Below are positions 11,223 through 25,100 of a DNA stretch of 64,000 bases, one piece after another (the stretch's first letter is position 1; each line of letters starts with the position of its first letter). The stretch is from Auanema rhodensis. Its lineage: Eukaryota > Animalia > Nematoda. The stretch covers positions 4,588,001-4,652,000 of the forward strand of contig OZ059896.1 of the NCBI GenBank assembly GCA_964057225.1, in the 5' to 3' direction. The position numbers were made by a program, and so were the translations under genes. The notes below the pieces were generated by a model. It was not told where the DNA came from. It saw nothing but the letters and a program-made list of their open reading frames with translations, and searched no databases.

Positions 11223-14200
11223 TATCCTCGATTTTCACCCTGAAGAATTAATTTTTTCGTTGAATAACATTGTCCATCGTTTTTGCCTTAAAAAAAGGAA
11301 TCTAAAAACATCTACTTTTTGCTAAATTATTTTGAAATTTTTCGAAAAAATTTTTGTCAAAATGTTTTTGGAAGCAATTTTGAGTGTACATGGAAACTCA
11401 ACATACACTAATGCATCATTTTTCAAACGATCATAACTAATTTTTGTATTAAGCTTTCCTCAATGTAATATAGTGCATTCGATGCGGTTTTTTAAGCTGC
11501 GTCGATCTGTGTTATCAGATTTGCGCTAGCTTAAAAATGCACCGAGATATCAACTGATATAAGTTCACACTTATATCCTCGATTTTCACCCTGAAGAATT
11601 AATTTTTTCGTTGAATAACATTGTCCATCGTTTTTGCCTTAAAAAAAGGAATCTAAAAACATCTACTTTTTGCTAAATTATTTTGAAATTTTTCGAAAAA
11701 ATTTTTGTCAAAATGTTTTTGGAAGCAATTTTGAGTGTACATGGAAACTCAACATACACTAATGCATCATTTTTCAAACGATCATAACTAATTTTTGTGA
11801 TGAGCGTTTCTCCATGTAGTATAATGCATTCGATGCGGACTTTTAAGCTGCGTCGATCTATGTTATCAGATTTGCGCTAGCTTAAAAATGCACCGAGATA
11901 TCAACTGATATAAGTTCACACTTATATCCTCGATTTTCACCCTGAAGAATTAATTTTTTCGTTGAATAACATTGTCCATCGTTTTTGCCTCGAAAAAAGG
12001 AATCTAAAAACATCTACTTTTTGCTAAATTATTTTGAAATTTTTCGAAAAAATTTTTGTCAAAATGTTTTTGGAAGCAATTTTGAGTGTACATGGAAACT
12101 CAACATACACTAATGCATCATTTTTCAAACGATCATAACTAATTTTTGTATTAAGCTTTCCTCAATGTAATATAGTGCATTCGATGCGGATTTTTAAGCT
12201 GCGTCGATCTGTGTTATCAGATTTGCGCTAGCTTAAAAATGCACCGAGATATCAACTGATATAAGTTCACACTTATATCCTCGATTTTCACCCTGAAGAA
12301 TTAATTTTTTCGTTGAATAACATTGTCCATCGTTTTTGCCTTAAAAAAAGGAATCTAAAAACATCTACTTTTTGCTAAATTATTTTGAAATTTTTCGAAA
12401 AAATTTTTGTCAAAATGTTTTTGGAAGCAATTTTGAGTGTACATGGAAACTCAACATACACTAATGCATCATTTTTCAAACGATCATAACTAATTTTTGT
12501 ATTAAGCTTTCCTCAATGTAATATAGTGCATTCGATGCGGATTTTTAAGCTGCGTCGATCTGTGTTATCAGATTTGCGCTAGCTTAAAAATGCACCTAGA
12601 TATCATCTGATATAAGTTCACACTTGTATCCTCGATTTTCACCCTGAAGAATTAATTTTTTCGTTGAATAACATTGTCCATCGTTTTTGCCTTGAAAAAA
12701 AGAATCTAAAAACATCTACTTTTTGCTAAATTATTTTGAAATTTTTCGAAAAAATTTTTGTCAAAATGTTTTTGGAAGCAATGTTGAGTGTACATGGAAA
12801 CTCAACATACACTAATGCATCATTTTTCAAACGATCATAACTAATTTTTGTGATGAGCGTTTCTCCATGTAGTATAATGCATTCGATGCGGACTTTTAAG
12901 CTGCGTCGATCTATGTTATCAGATTTGCGCTAGCTTAAAAATGCACCGAGATATCAACTGATATAAGTTCACACTTATATCCTCGATTTTCACCCTGAAG
13001 AATTAATTTTTTCGTTGAATAACATTGTCCATCGTTTTTGCCTCGAAAAAAGGAATCTAAAAACATCTACTTTTTGCTAAATTATTTTGAAATTTTTCGA
13101 AAAAATTTTTGTCAAAATGTTTTTGGAAGCAATTTTGAGTGTACATGGAAACTCAACATACACTAATGCATCATTTTTCAAACGATCATAACTAATTTTT
13201 GTATTAAGCTTTCCTCAATGTAATATAGTGCATTCGATGCGGTTTTTTAAGCTGCGTCGATCTGTGTTATCAGATTTGCGCTAGCTTAAAAATGCACCGA
13301 GATATCAACTGATATAAGTTCACACTTATATCCTCGATTTTCACCCTGAAGAATTAATTTTTTCGTTGAATAACATTGTCCATCGTTTTTGCCTTAAAAA
13401 AAGGAATCTAAAAACATCTACTTTTTGCTAAATTATTTTGAAATTTTTCGAAAAAATTTTTGTCAAAATGTTTTTGGAAGCAATTTTGAGTGTACATGGA
13501 AACTCAACATACACTAATGCATCATTTTTCAAACGATCATAACTAATTTTTGTATTAAGCTTTCCTCAATGTAATATAGTGCATTCGATGCGGTTTTTTA
13601 AGCTGCGTCGATCTGTGTTATCAGATTTGCGCTAGCTTAAAAATGCACCGAGATATCAACTGATATAAGTTCACACTTATATCCTCGATTTTCACCCTGA
13701 AGAATTAATTTTTTCGTTGAATAACATTGTCCATCGTTTTTGCCTTAAAAAAAGGAATCTAAAAACATCTACTTTTTGCTAAATTATTTTGAAATTTTTC
13801 GAAAAAATTTTTGTCAAAATGTTTTTGGAAGCAATTTTGAGTGTACATGGAAACTCAACATACACTAATGCATCATTTTTCAAACGATCATAACTAATTT
13901 TTGTGATGAGCGTTTCTCCATGTAGTATAATGCATTCGATGCGGACTTTTAAGCTGCGTCGATCTATGTTATCAGATTTGCGCTAGCTTAAAAATGCACC
14001 GAGATATCAACTGATATAAGTTCACACTTATATCCTCGATTTTCACCCTGAAGAATTAATTTTTTCGTTGAATAACATTGTCCATCGTTTTTGCCTCGAA
14101 AAAAGGAATCTAAAAACATCTACTTTTTGCTAAATTATTTTGAAATTTTTCGAAAAAATTTTTGTCAAAATGTTTTTGGAAGCAATTTTGAGTGTACATG

Positions 14201-14250
14201 GAAACTCAACATACACTAATGCATCATTTTTCAAACGATCATAACTAATT
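10170..14250 (+). repeat. 6-monomer higher-order duplication (2106-bp period, nearly 2 copies; right end approximate)
   Basis: The AGAATC marker is at 10595 and 12701 (2106 = 6 x 351). The monomer variant order matches from 10170 and from 12276. Confidence 0.75.
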
Positions 14251-17200
14251 TTTGTGATGAGCGTTTCTCCATGTAGTATGGTGCATTCGATGCGGACTTT
14301 TAAGCAGCGTCGATCTATGTTATCAGATTTGCGCTAGCTTAAAAATGCACCGAGATATCAACTGATATAAGTTCACACTTATATCCTCGATTTTCACCCT
14401 GAAGAATTAATTTTTTCGTTGAATAACATTGTCCATCGTTTTTGCCTCAAAAAAAGGAATCTAAAAACATCTACTTTTTGCTAAATTATTTTGAAATTTT
14501 TCGAAAAAATTTTTGTCAAAATGTTTTTGGAAGCAATTTTGAGTGTACATGGAAACTCAACATACACTAATGCATCATTTTTCAAACGATCATAACTAAT
14601 TTTTGTATTAAGCTTTCCTCAATGTAATATAGTGCATTCGATGCGGATTTTTAAGCTGCGTCGATCTGTGTTATCAGATTTGCGCTAGCTTAAAAATGCA
14701 CCTAGATATCATCTGATATAAGTTCACACTTGTATCCTCGATTTTCACCCTGAAGAATTAATTTTTTCGTTGAATAACATTGTCCATCGTTTTTGCCTTG
14801 AAAAAAGGAATCTAAAAACATCTACTTTTTGCTAAATTATTTTGAAATTTTTCGAAAAAATTTTTGTCAAAATGTTTTTGGAAGCAATGTTGGTGTACAT
14901 GGAAACTCAACATACACTAATGCATCATTTTTCAAACGATCATAACTAATTTTTGTGATGAGCGTTTCTCCATGTAGTATAATGCATTCGATGCGGACTT
15001 TTAAGCTGCGTCGATCTATGTTATCAGATTTGCGCTAGCTTAAAAATGCACCGAGATATCAACTGATATAAGTTCACACTTATATCCTCGATTTTCACCC
15101 TGAAGAATTAATTTTTTCGTTGAATAACATTGTCCATCGTTTTTGCCTCGAAAAAAGGAATCTAAAAACATCTACTTTTTGCTAAATTATTTTGAAATTT
15201 TTCGAAAAAATTTTTGTCAAAATGTTTTTGGAAGCAATTTTGAGTGTACATGGAAACTCAACATACACTAATGCATCATTTTTCAAACGATCATAACTAA
15301 TTTTTGTGATGAGCGTTTCTTCATGTAGTATGGTGCATTTGATGCGGACTTTTAAGCTGCGTCGATCTATGTTATCAGATTTGCGCTAGCTTAAAAATGC
15401 ACCGAGATATCAACTGATATAAGTTCACACTTATATCCTCGATTTTCACCCTGAAGAATTAATTTTTTCGTTGAATAACATTGTCCATCGTTTTTGCCTC
15501 AAAAAAAGGAATCTAAAAACATCTACTTTTTGCGAAATTATTTTGAAATTTTTCGAAAAAATTTTGTCAAAATGTTTTTGGAAGCAATGTTGAGTGTACA
15601 TGGAAACTCAACATACACTAATGCATCATTTTTCAAACGATCATAACTAATTTTTGTGATGAGCGTTTCTCCATGTAGTATAATGCATTCGATGCGGATT
15701 TTTAAGCTGCGTCGATCTGTGTTATCAGATTTGCGCTAGCTTAAAAATGCACCGAGATATCAACTGATATAAGTTCACACTTATATCCTCGATTTTCACC
15801 CTGAAGAATTAATTTTTTCGTTGAATAACATTGTCCATCGTTTTTGCCTTGAAAAAAGGAATCTAAAAACATCTACTTTTTGCTAAATTATTTTGAAATT
15901 TTTCGAAAAAATTTTTGTCAAAATGTTTTTGGAAGCAATTTTGAGTGTACATGGAAACTCAACATACACTAATGCATCATTTTTCAAACGATCATAACTA
16001 ATTTTTGTATTAAGCTTTGCTTAATGTAGTATAGTGCATTTGATGCGGACTTTTAAGCTGCGTCGATCTGTGTTATCAGATGTGCGCTAGCTTAAAAATG
16101 CACCTAGATATCATCTGATATAAGTTCACACTTGTATCCTCGATTTTCACCCTGAAGAATTAATTTTTTCGTTGAATAACATTGTCCATCGTTTTTGCCT
16201 CAAAAAAAGGAATCTAAAAACATCTACTTTTTGCGAAATTATTTTGAAATTTTTCGAAAAAATTTTGTCAAAATGTTTTTGGAAGCAATGTTGAGTGTAC
16301 ATGGAAACTCAACATACACTAATGCATCATTTTTCAAACGATCATAACTAATTTTTGTGATGAGCGTTTCTCCATGTAGTATAATGCATTCGATGCGGAT
16401 TTTTAAGCTGCGTCGATCTGTGTTATCAGATTTGCGCTAGCTTAAAAATGCACCGAGATATCAACTGATATAAGTTCACACTTATATCCTCGATTTTCAC
16501 CCTGAAGAATTAATTTTTTCGTTGAATAACATTGTCCATCGTTTTTGCCTTGAAAAAAGGAATCTAAAAACATCTACTTTTTGCTAAATTATTTTGAAAT
16601 TTTTCGAAAAAATTTTTGTCAAAATGTTTTTGGAAGCAATTTTGAGTGTACATGGAAACTCAACATACACTAATGCATCATTTTTCAAACGATCATAACT
16701 AATTTTTGTATTAAGCTTTGCTTAATGTAGTATAGTGCATTTGATGCGGACTTTTAAGCTGCGTCGATCTGTGTTATCAGATGTGCGCTAGCTTAAAAAT
16801 GCACCGAGATATCAACTGATATAAGTTCACACTTATATCCTCGATTTTCACCCTGAAGAATTAATTTTTTCGTTGAATAACATTGTCCATCGTTTTTGCC
16901 TTGAAAGAAGGAATCTAAAAACATCTACTTTTTGCTAAATTATTTTGAAATTTTTCGAAAAAATTTTTGTCAAAATGTTTTTGGAAGCAATTTTGAGTGT
17001 ACATGGAAACTCAACATACACTAATGCATCATTTTTCAAACGATCATAACTAATTTTTGTATTAAGCTTTCCTCAATGTAATATAGTGCATTCGATGCGG
17101 TTTTTTAAGCTGCGTCGATCTGTGTTATCAGATTTGCGCTAGCTTAAAAATGCACCGAGATATCAACTGATATAAGTTCACACTTATATCCTCGATTTTC

Positions 17201-20200
17201 ACCCTGAAGAATTAATTTTTTCGTTGAATAACATTGTCCATCGTTTTTGCCTTAAAAAAAGGAATCTAAAAACATCTACTTTTTGCTAAATTATTTTGAA
17301 ATTTTTCGAAAAAATTTTTGTCAAAATGTTTTTGGAAGCAATTTTGAGTGTACATGGAAACTCAACATACACTAATGCATCATTTTTCAAACGATCATAA
17401 CTAATTTTTGTATTAAGCTTTCCTCAATGTAATATAGTGCATTCCATGCGGATTTTTAAGCTGCGTCGATCTGTGTTATCAGATTTGCGCTAGCTTAAAA
17501 ATGCACCTAGATATCATCTGATATAAGTTCACACTTGTATCCTCGATTTTCACCCTGAAGAATTAATTTTTTCGTTGAATAACATTGTCCATCGTTTTTG
17601 CCTTGAAAAAAAGAATCTAAAAACATCTACTTTTTGCTAAATTATTTTGAAATTTTTCGAAAAAATTTTTGTCAAAATGTTTTTGGAAGCAATGTTGAGT
17701 GTACATGGAAACTCAACATACACTAATGCATCATTTTTCAAACGATCATAACTAATTTTTGTGATGAGCGTTTCTCCATGTAGTATAATGCATTCGATGC
17801 GGACTTTTAAGCTGCGTCGATCTATGTTATCAGATTTGCGCTAGCTTAAAAATGCACCGAGATATCAACTGATATAAGTTCACACTTATATCCTCGATTT
17901 TCACCCTGAAGAATTAATTTTTTCGTTGAATAACATTGTCCATCGTTTTTGCCTCGAAAAAAGGAATCTAAAAACATCTACTTTTTGCTAAATTATTTTG
18001 AAATTTTTCGAAAAAATTTTTGTCAAAATGTTTTTGGAAGCAATTTTGAGTGTACATGGAAACTCAACATACACTAATGCATCATTTTTCAAACGATCAT
18101 AACTAATTTTTGTATTAAGCTTTCCTCAATGTAATATAGTGCATTCGATGCGGTTTTTTAAGCTGCGTCGATCTGTGTTATCAGATTTGCGCTAGCTTAA
18201 AAATGCACCGAGATATCAACTGATATAAGTTCACACTTATATCCTCGATTTTCACCCTGAAGAATTAATTTTTTCGTTGAATAACATTGTCCATCGTTTT
18301 TGCCTTAAAAAAAGGAATCTAAAAACATCTACTTTTTGCTAAATTATTTTGAAATTTTTCGAAAAAATTTTTGTCAAAATGTTTTTGGAAGCAATTTTGA
18401 GTGTACATGGAAACTCAACATACACTAATGCATCATTTTTCAAACGATCATAACTAATTTTTGTATTAAGCTTTCCTCAATGTAATATAGTGCATTCGAT
18501 GCGGTTTTTTAAGCTGCGTCGATCTGTGTTATCAGATTTGCGCTAGCTTAAAAATGCACCGAGATATCAACTGATATAAGTTCACACTTATATCCTCGAT
18601 TTTCACCCTGAAGAATTAATTTTTTCGTTGAATAACATTGTCCATCGTTTTTGCCTTAAAAAAAGAAATCTAAAAACATCTACTTTTTGCTAAATTATTT
18701 TGAAATTTTTCGAAAAAATTTTTGTCAAAATGTTTTTGGAAGCAATTTTGAGTGTACATGGAAACTCAACATACACTAATGCATCATTTTTCAAACGATC
18801 ATAACTAATTTTTGTGATGAGCGTTTCTCCATGTAGTATAATGCATTCGATGCGGACTTTTAAGCTGCGTCGATCTATGTTATCAGATTTGCGCTAGCTT
18901 AAAAATGCACCGAGATATCAACTGATATAAGTTCACACTTATATCCTCGATTTTCACCCTGAAGAATTAATTTTTTCGTTGAATAACATTGTCCATCGTT
19001 TTTGCCTCGAAAAAAGGAATCTAAAAACATCTACTTTTTGCTAAATTATTTTGAAATTTTTCGAAAAAATTTTTGTCAAAATGTTTTTGGAAGCAATTTT
19101 GAGTGTACATGGAAACTCAACATACACTAATGCATCATTTTTCAAACGATCATAACTAATTTTTGTGATGAGCGTTTCTCCATGTAGTATGGTGCATTCG
19201 ATGCGGACTTTTAAGCTGCGTCGATCTATGTTATCAGATTTGCGCTAGCTTAAAAATGCACCGAGATATCAACTGATATAAGTTCACACTTATATCCTCG
19301 ATTTTCACCCTGAAGAATTAATTTTTTCGTTGAATAACATTGTCCATCGTTTTTGCCTCAAAAAAAGGAATCTAAAAACATCTACTTTTTGCTAAATTAT
19401 TTTGAAATTTTTCGAAAAAATTTTTGTCAAAATGTTTTTGGAAGCAATTTTGAGTGTACATGGAAACTCAACATACACTAATGCATCATTTTTCAAACGA
19501 TCATAACTAATTTTTGTATTAAGCTTTCCTCAATGTAATATAGTGCATTCGATGCGGATTTTTAAGCTGCGTCGATCTGTGTTATCAGATTTGCGCTAGC
19601 TTAAAAATGCACCTAGATATCATCTGATATAAGTTCACACTTGTATCCTCGATTTTCACCCTGAAGAATTAATTTTTTCGTTGAATAACATTGTCCATCG
19701 TTTTTGCCTTGAAAAAAGGAATCTAAAAACATCTACTTTTTGCTAAATTATTTTGAAATTTTTCGAAAAAATTTTTGTCAAAATGTTTTTGGAAGCAATG
19801 TTGAGTGTACATGGAAACTCAACATACACTAATGCATCATTTTTCAAACGATCATAACTAATTTTTGTGATGAGCGTTTCTCCATGTAGTATAATGCATT
19901 CGATGCGGACTTTTAAGCTGCGTCGATCTATGTTATCAGATTTGCGCTAGCTTAAAAATGCACCGAGATATCAACTGATATAAGTTCACACTTATATCCT
20001 CGATTTTCACCCTGAAGAATTAATTTTTTCGTTGAATAACATTGTCCATCGTTTTTGCCTCGAAAAAAGGAATCTAAAAACATCTACTTTTTGCTAAATT
20101 ATTTTGAAATTTTTCGAAAAAATTTTTGTCAAAATGTTTTTGGAAGCAATTTTGAGTGTACATGGAAACTCAACATACACTAATGCATCATTTTTCAAAC

Positions 20201-20569
20201 GATCATAACTAATTTTTGTGATGAGCGTTTCTCCATGTAGTATGGTGCATTTGATGCGGACTTTTAAGCTGCGTCGATCTATGTTATCAGATTTGCGCTA
20301 GCTTAAAAATGCACCGAGATATCAACTGATATAAGTTCACACTTATATCCTCGATTTTCACCCTGAAGAATTAATTTTTTCGTTGAATAACATTGTCCAT
20401 CGTTTTTGCCTCAAAAAAAGGAATCTAAAAACATCTACTTTTTGCGAAATTATTTTGAAATTTTTCGAAAAAATTTTGTCAAAATGTTTTTGGAAGCAAT
20501 GTTGAGTGTACATGGAAACTCAACATACACTAATGCATCATTTTTCAAACGATCATAACTAATTTTTGT

Positions 20570-22100
20570 ATTAAGCTTTGCTTAATGTAGTATAGTGCAT
20601 TTGATGCGGACTTTTAAGCTGCGTCGATCTGTGTTATCAGATGTGCGCTAGCTTCAAAATGCACCGAGATATCAACTGATATAAGTTCACACTTATATCC
20701 TCGATTTTCACCCTGAAGAATTAATTTTTTCGTTGAATAACATTGTCCATCGTTTTTGCCTTGAAAAAAGGAATCTAAAAACATCTACTTTTTGCTAAAT
20801 TATTTTGAAATTTTTCGAAAAAATTTTTGTCAAAATGTTTTTGGAAGCAATTTTGAGTGTACATGGAAACTCAACATACACTAATGCATCATTTTTCAAA
20901 CGATCATAACTAATTTTTGTGATGAGCGTTTCTCCATGTAGTATAATGCATTCGATGCGGATTTTTAAGCTGCGTCGATCTGTGTTATCAGATGTGCGCT
21001 AGCTTAAAAATGCACCGAGATATCAACTGATATAAGTTCACACTTATATCCTCGATTTTCACCCTGAAGAATTAATTTTTTCGTTGAATAACATTGTCCA
21101 TCGTTTTTGCCTTGAAAGAAGGAATCTAAAAACATCTACTTTTTGCTAAATTATTTTGAAATTTTTCGAAAAAATTTTTGTCAAAATGTTTTTGGAAGCA
21201 ATTTTGAGTGTACATGGAAACTCAACATACACTAATGCATCATTTTTCAAACGATCATAACTAATTTTTGTGATGAGCGTTTCTCCATGTAGTATAATGC
21301 ATTTGATGCGGACTTTTAAGCTGCGTCGATCTGTGTTATCAGATGTGCGCTAGCTTCAAAATGCACCGAGATATCAACTGATATAAGTTCACACTTATAT
21401 CCTCGATTTTCACCCTGAAGAATTAATTTTTTCGTTGAATAACATTGTCCATCGTTTTTGCCTTGAAAGAAGGAATCTAAAAACATCTACTTTTTGCTAA
21501 ATTATTTTGAAATTTTTCGAAAAAATTTTTGTCAAAATGTTTTTGGAAGCAATTTTGAGTGTACATGGAAACTCAACATACACTAATGCATCATTTTTCA
21601 AACGATCATAACTAATTTTTGTGATGAGCGTTTCTCCATGTAGTATAATGCATTCGATGCGGATTTTTAAGCTGCGTCGATCTGTGTTATCAGATGTGCG
21701 CTAGCTTAAAAATGCACCGAGATATCAACTGATATAAGTTCACACTTATATCCTCGATTTTCACCCTGAAGAATTAATTTTTTCGTTGAATAACATTGTC
21801 CATCGTTTTTGCCTTGAAAGAAGGAATCTAAAAACATCTACTTTTTGCTAAATTATTTTGAAATTTTTCGAAAAAATTTTTGTCAAAATGTTTTTGGAAG
21901 CAATTTTGAGTGTACATGGAAACTCAACATACACTAATGCATCATTTTTCAAACGATCATAACTAATTTTTGTATTAAGCTTTGCTTAATGTAGTATAGT
22001 GCATTTGATGCGGACTTTTAAGCTGCGTCGATCTGTGTTATCAGATGTGCGCTAGCTTCAAAATGCACCGAGATATCAACTGATATAAGTTCACACTTAT
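20570..22100 (+). repeat. Dimer-periodic (702 bp) patch marked by the AGATGTGCGC variant
   Basis: GATGTGCG occurs in five consecutive monomers (about 20641, 20991, 21342, 21693, 22044). GCTTCAAAAT and TTGATGCGGAC occur in every second one. Confidence 0.8.
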
Positions 22101-25100
22101 ATCCTCGATTTTCACCCTGAAGAATTAATTTTTTCGTTGAATAACATTGTCCATCGTTTTTGCCTTGAAAGAAGGAATCTAAAAACATCTACTTTTTGCT
22201 AAATTATTTTGAAATTTTTCGAAAAAATTTTTGTCAAAATGTTTTTGGAAGCAATTTTGAGTGTACATGGAAACTCAACATACACTAATGCATCATTTTT
22301 CAAACGATCATAACTAATTTTTGTATTAAGCTTTCCTCAATGTAGTATAATGCATTCGATGCGGATTTTTAAGCTGCGTCGATCTATGTTATCAGATTTG
22401 CGCTAGCTTAAAAATGCACCGAGATATCAACTGATATAAGTTCACACTTATATCCTCGATTTTCACCCTGAAGAATTAATTTTTTCGTTGAATAACATTG
22501 TCCATCGTTTTTGCCTCAAAAAAAGGAATCTAAAAACATCTACTTTTTGCGAAATTATTTTGAAATTTTTCGAAAAAATTTTGTCAAAATGTTTTTGGAA
22601 GCAATGTTGAGTGTACATGGAAACTCAACATACACTAATGCATCATTTTTCAAACGATCATAACTAATTTTTGTGATGAGCGTTTCTCCATGTAGTATAA
22701 TGCATTCGATGCGGATTTTTAAGCTGCGTCGATCTATGTTATCAGATTTGCGCTAGCTTAAAAATGCACCGAGATATCAACTGATATAAGTTCACACTTA
22801 TATCCTCGATTTTCACCCTGAAGAATTAATTTTTTCGTTGAATAACATTGTCCATCGTTTTTGCCTCGAAAAAAGGAATCTAAAAACATCTACTTTTTGC
22901 TAAATTATTTTGAAATTTTTCGAAAAAATTTTTGTCAAAATGTTTTTGGAAGCAATTTTGAGTGTACATGGAAACTCAACATACACTAATGCATCATTTT
23001 TCAAACGATCATAACTAATTTTTGTGATGAGCGTTTCTCCATGTAGTATGGTGCATTCGATGCGGACTTTTAAGCTGCGTCGATCTATGTTATCAGATTT
23101 GCGCTAGCTTAAAAATGCACCGAGATATCAACTGATGTAAGTTCACACTTATATCCTCGATTTTCACCCTGAAGAATTAATTTTTTCGTTGAATAACATT
23201 GTCCATCGTTTTTGCCTCAAAAAAAGGAATCTAAAAACATCTACTTTTTGCTAAATTATTTTGAAATTTTTCGAAAAAATTTTTGTCAAAATGTTTTTGG
23301 AAGCAATTTTGAGTGTACATGGAAACTCAACATACACTAATGCATCATTTTTCAAACGATCATAACTAATTTTTGTATTAAGCTTTCCTCAATGTAATAT
23401 AGTGCATTCGATGCGGATTTTTAAGCTGCGTCGATCTGTGTTATCAGATTTGCGCTAGCTTAAAAATGCACCGAGATATTAACTGATATAAGTTCACACT
23501 TATATCCTCGATTTTCACCCTGAAGAATTAATTTTTTCGTTGAATAACATTGTCCATCGTTTTCGCCTCAAAAAAAGGAATCTAAAAACATCTACTTTTT
23601 GCGAAATTATTTTGAAATTTTTCGAAAAAATTTTGTCAAAATGTTTTTGGAAGCAATGTTGAGTGTACATGGAAACTCAACATACACTAATGCATCATTT
23701 TTCAAACGATCATAACTAATTTTTGTGATGAGCGTTTCTCCATGTAGTATAATGCATTCGATGCGGATTTTTAAGCTGCGTCGATCTGTACTATCAGATT
23801 TGCGCTAGCTTGAAAATGCACCGAGATATGAACTGATATAAGTTCACACTTATATCCTCGATTTTCACCCTGAAGAATTAATTTTTTCGTTGAATTACAT
23901 TGTCCATCGTTTTTGCCTTGAAAGAAGGAATCTAAAAACATCTACTTTTCGCTAAATTATTTTGAAATTTTTCGAAAAAATTTTTGTCAAAATGTTTTTG
24001 GAAGCAATTTTGAGTGTACATGGAAACTCAACATACACTAATGCATCATTTTTCAAACGATCATAACTTATTTTTGTATTAAGCGTTTCTCAATGTAGTA
24101 TAGTGCATTCGATGCGGATTTTTAAGCTGCGTCGATCTGTACTATCAGATTTGCGCTAGCTTGAAAATGCACCGAGATATCAACTGATATAAGTTCACAC
24201 TTATATCCTCGATTTTCACCCTGAAGAATTAATTTTTTCGTTGAATAACATTGTCCATCGTTTTTGCCTCAAAAAAGGGAATCTAAAAACATCTACTTTT
24301 TGCGAAATTATTTTGAAATTTTTCGAAAAAATTTTGTCAAAATGTTTTTGGAAGCAATGTTGAGTGTACATGGAAACTCAACATACACTAATGCATCATT
24401 TTTCAAACGATCATAACTAATTTTTGTGATGAGCGTTTCTCCATGTAGTATAATGCATTCGATGCGGATTTTTAAGCTGCGTCGATCTATGTTATCAGAT
24501 TTGCGCTAGCTTAAAAATGCACCGAGATATCAACTGATATAAGTTCACACTTATATCCTCGATTTTCACCCTGAAGAATTAATTTTTTCGTTGAATAACA
24601 TTGTCCATCGTTTTTGCCTTGAAAGAAGAAATCTAAAAACATCTACTTTTTGCGAAATTATTTTGAAATTTTTCGAAAAAATTTTGTCAAAATGTTTTTG
24701 GAAGCAATTTTGAGTGTACATGGAAACTCAACATACACTAATGCATCATTTTTCAAACGATCGTAACTAATTTTTGTATTAAGCTTTTCTTAATGTAGTA
24801 TAGTGCATTCGATGCGGACTTTTAAGCTGCGTCGATCTGTGTTATCAGATTTGCGCTAGCTTAAAAATGCACCGAGATATTAACTGATATAAGTTCACAC
24901 TTATATCCTCGATTTTCACCCTGAAGAATTAATTTTTTTGTTGAATAACATTGTCCATCGTTTTTGCCTCAAAAAAAGGAATCTAAAAACATCTACTTTT
25001 TGCGAAATTATTTTGAAATTTTTCGAAAAAATTTTGTCAAAATGTTTTTGGAAGCAATGTTGAGTGTACATGGAAACTCAACATACACTAATGCATCATT

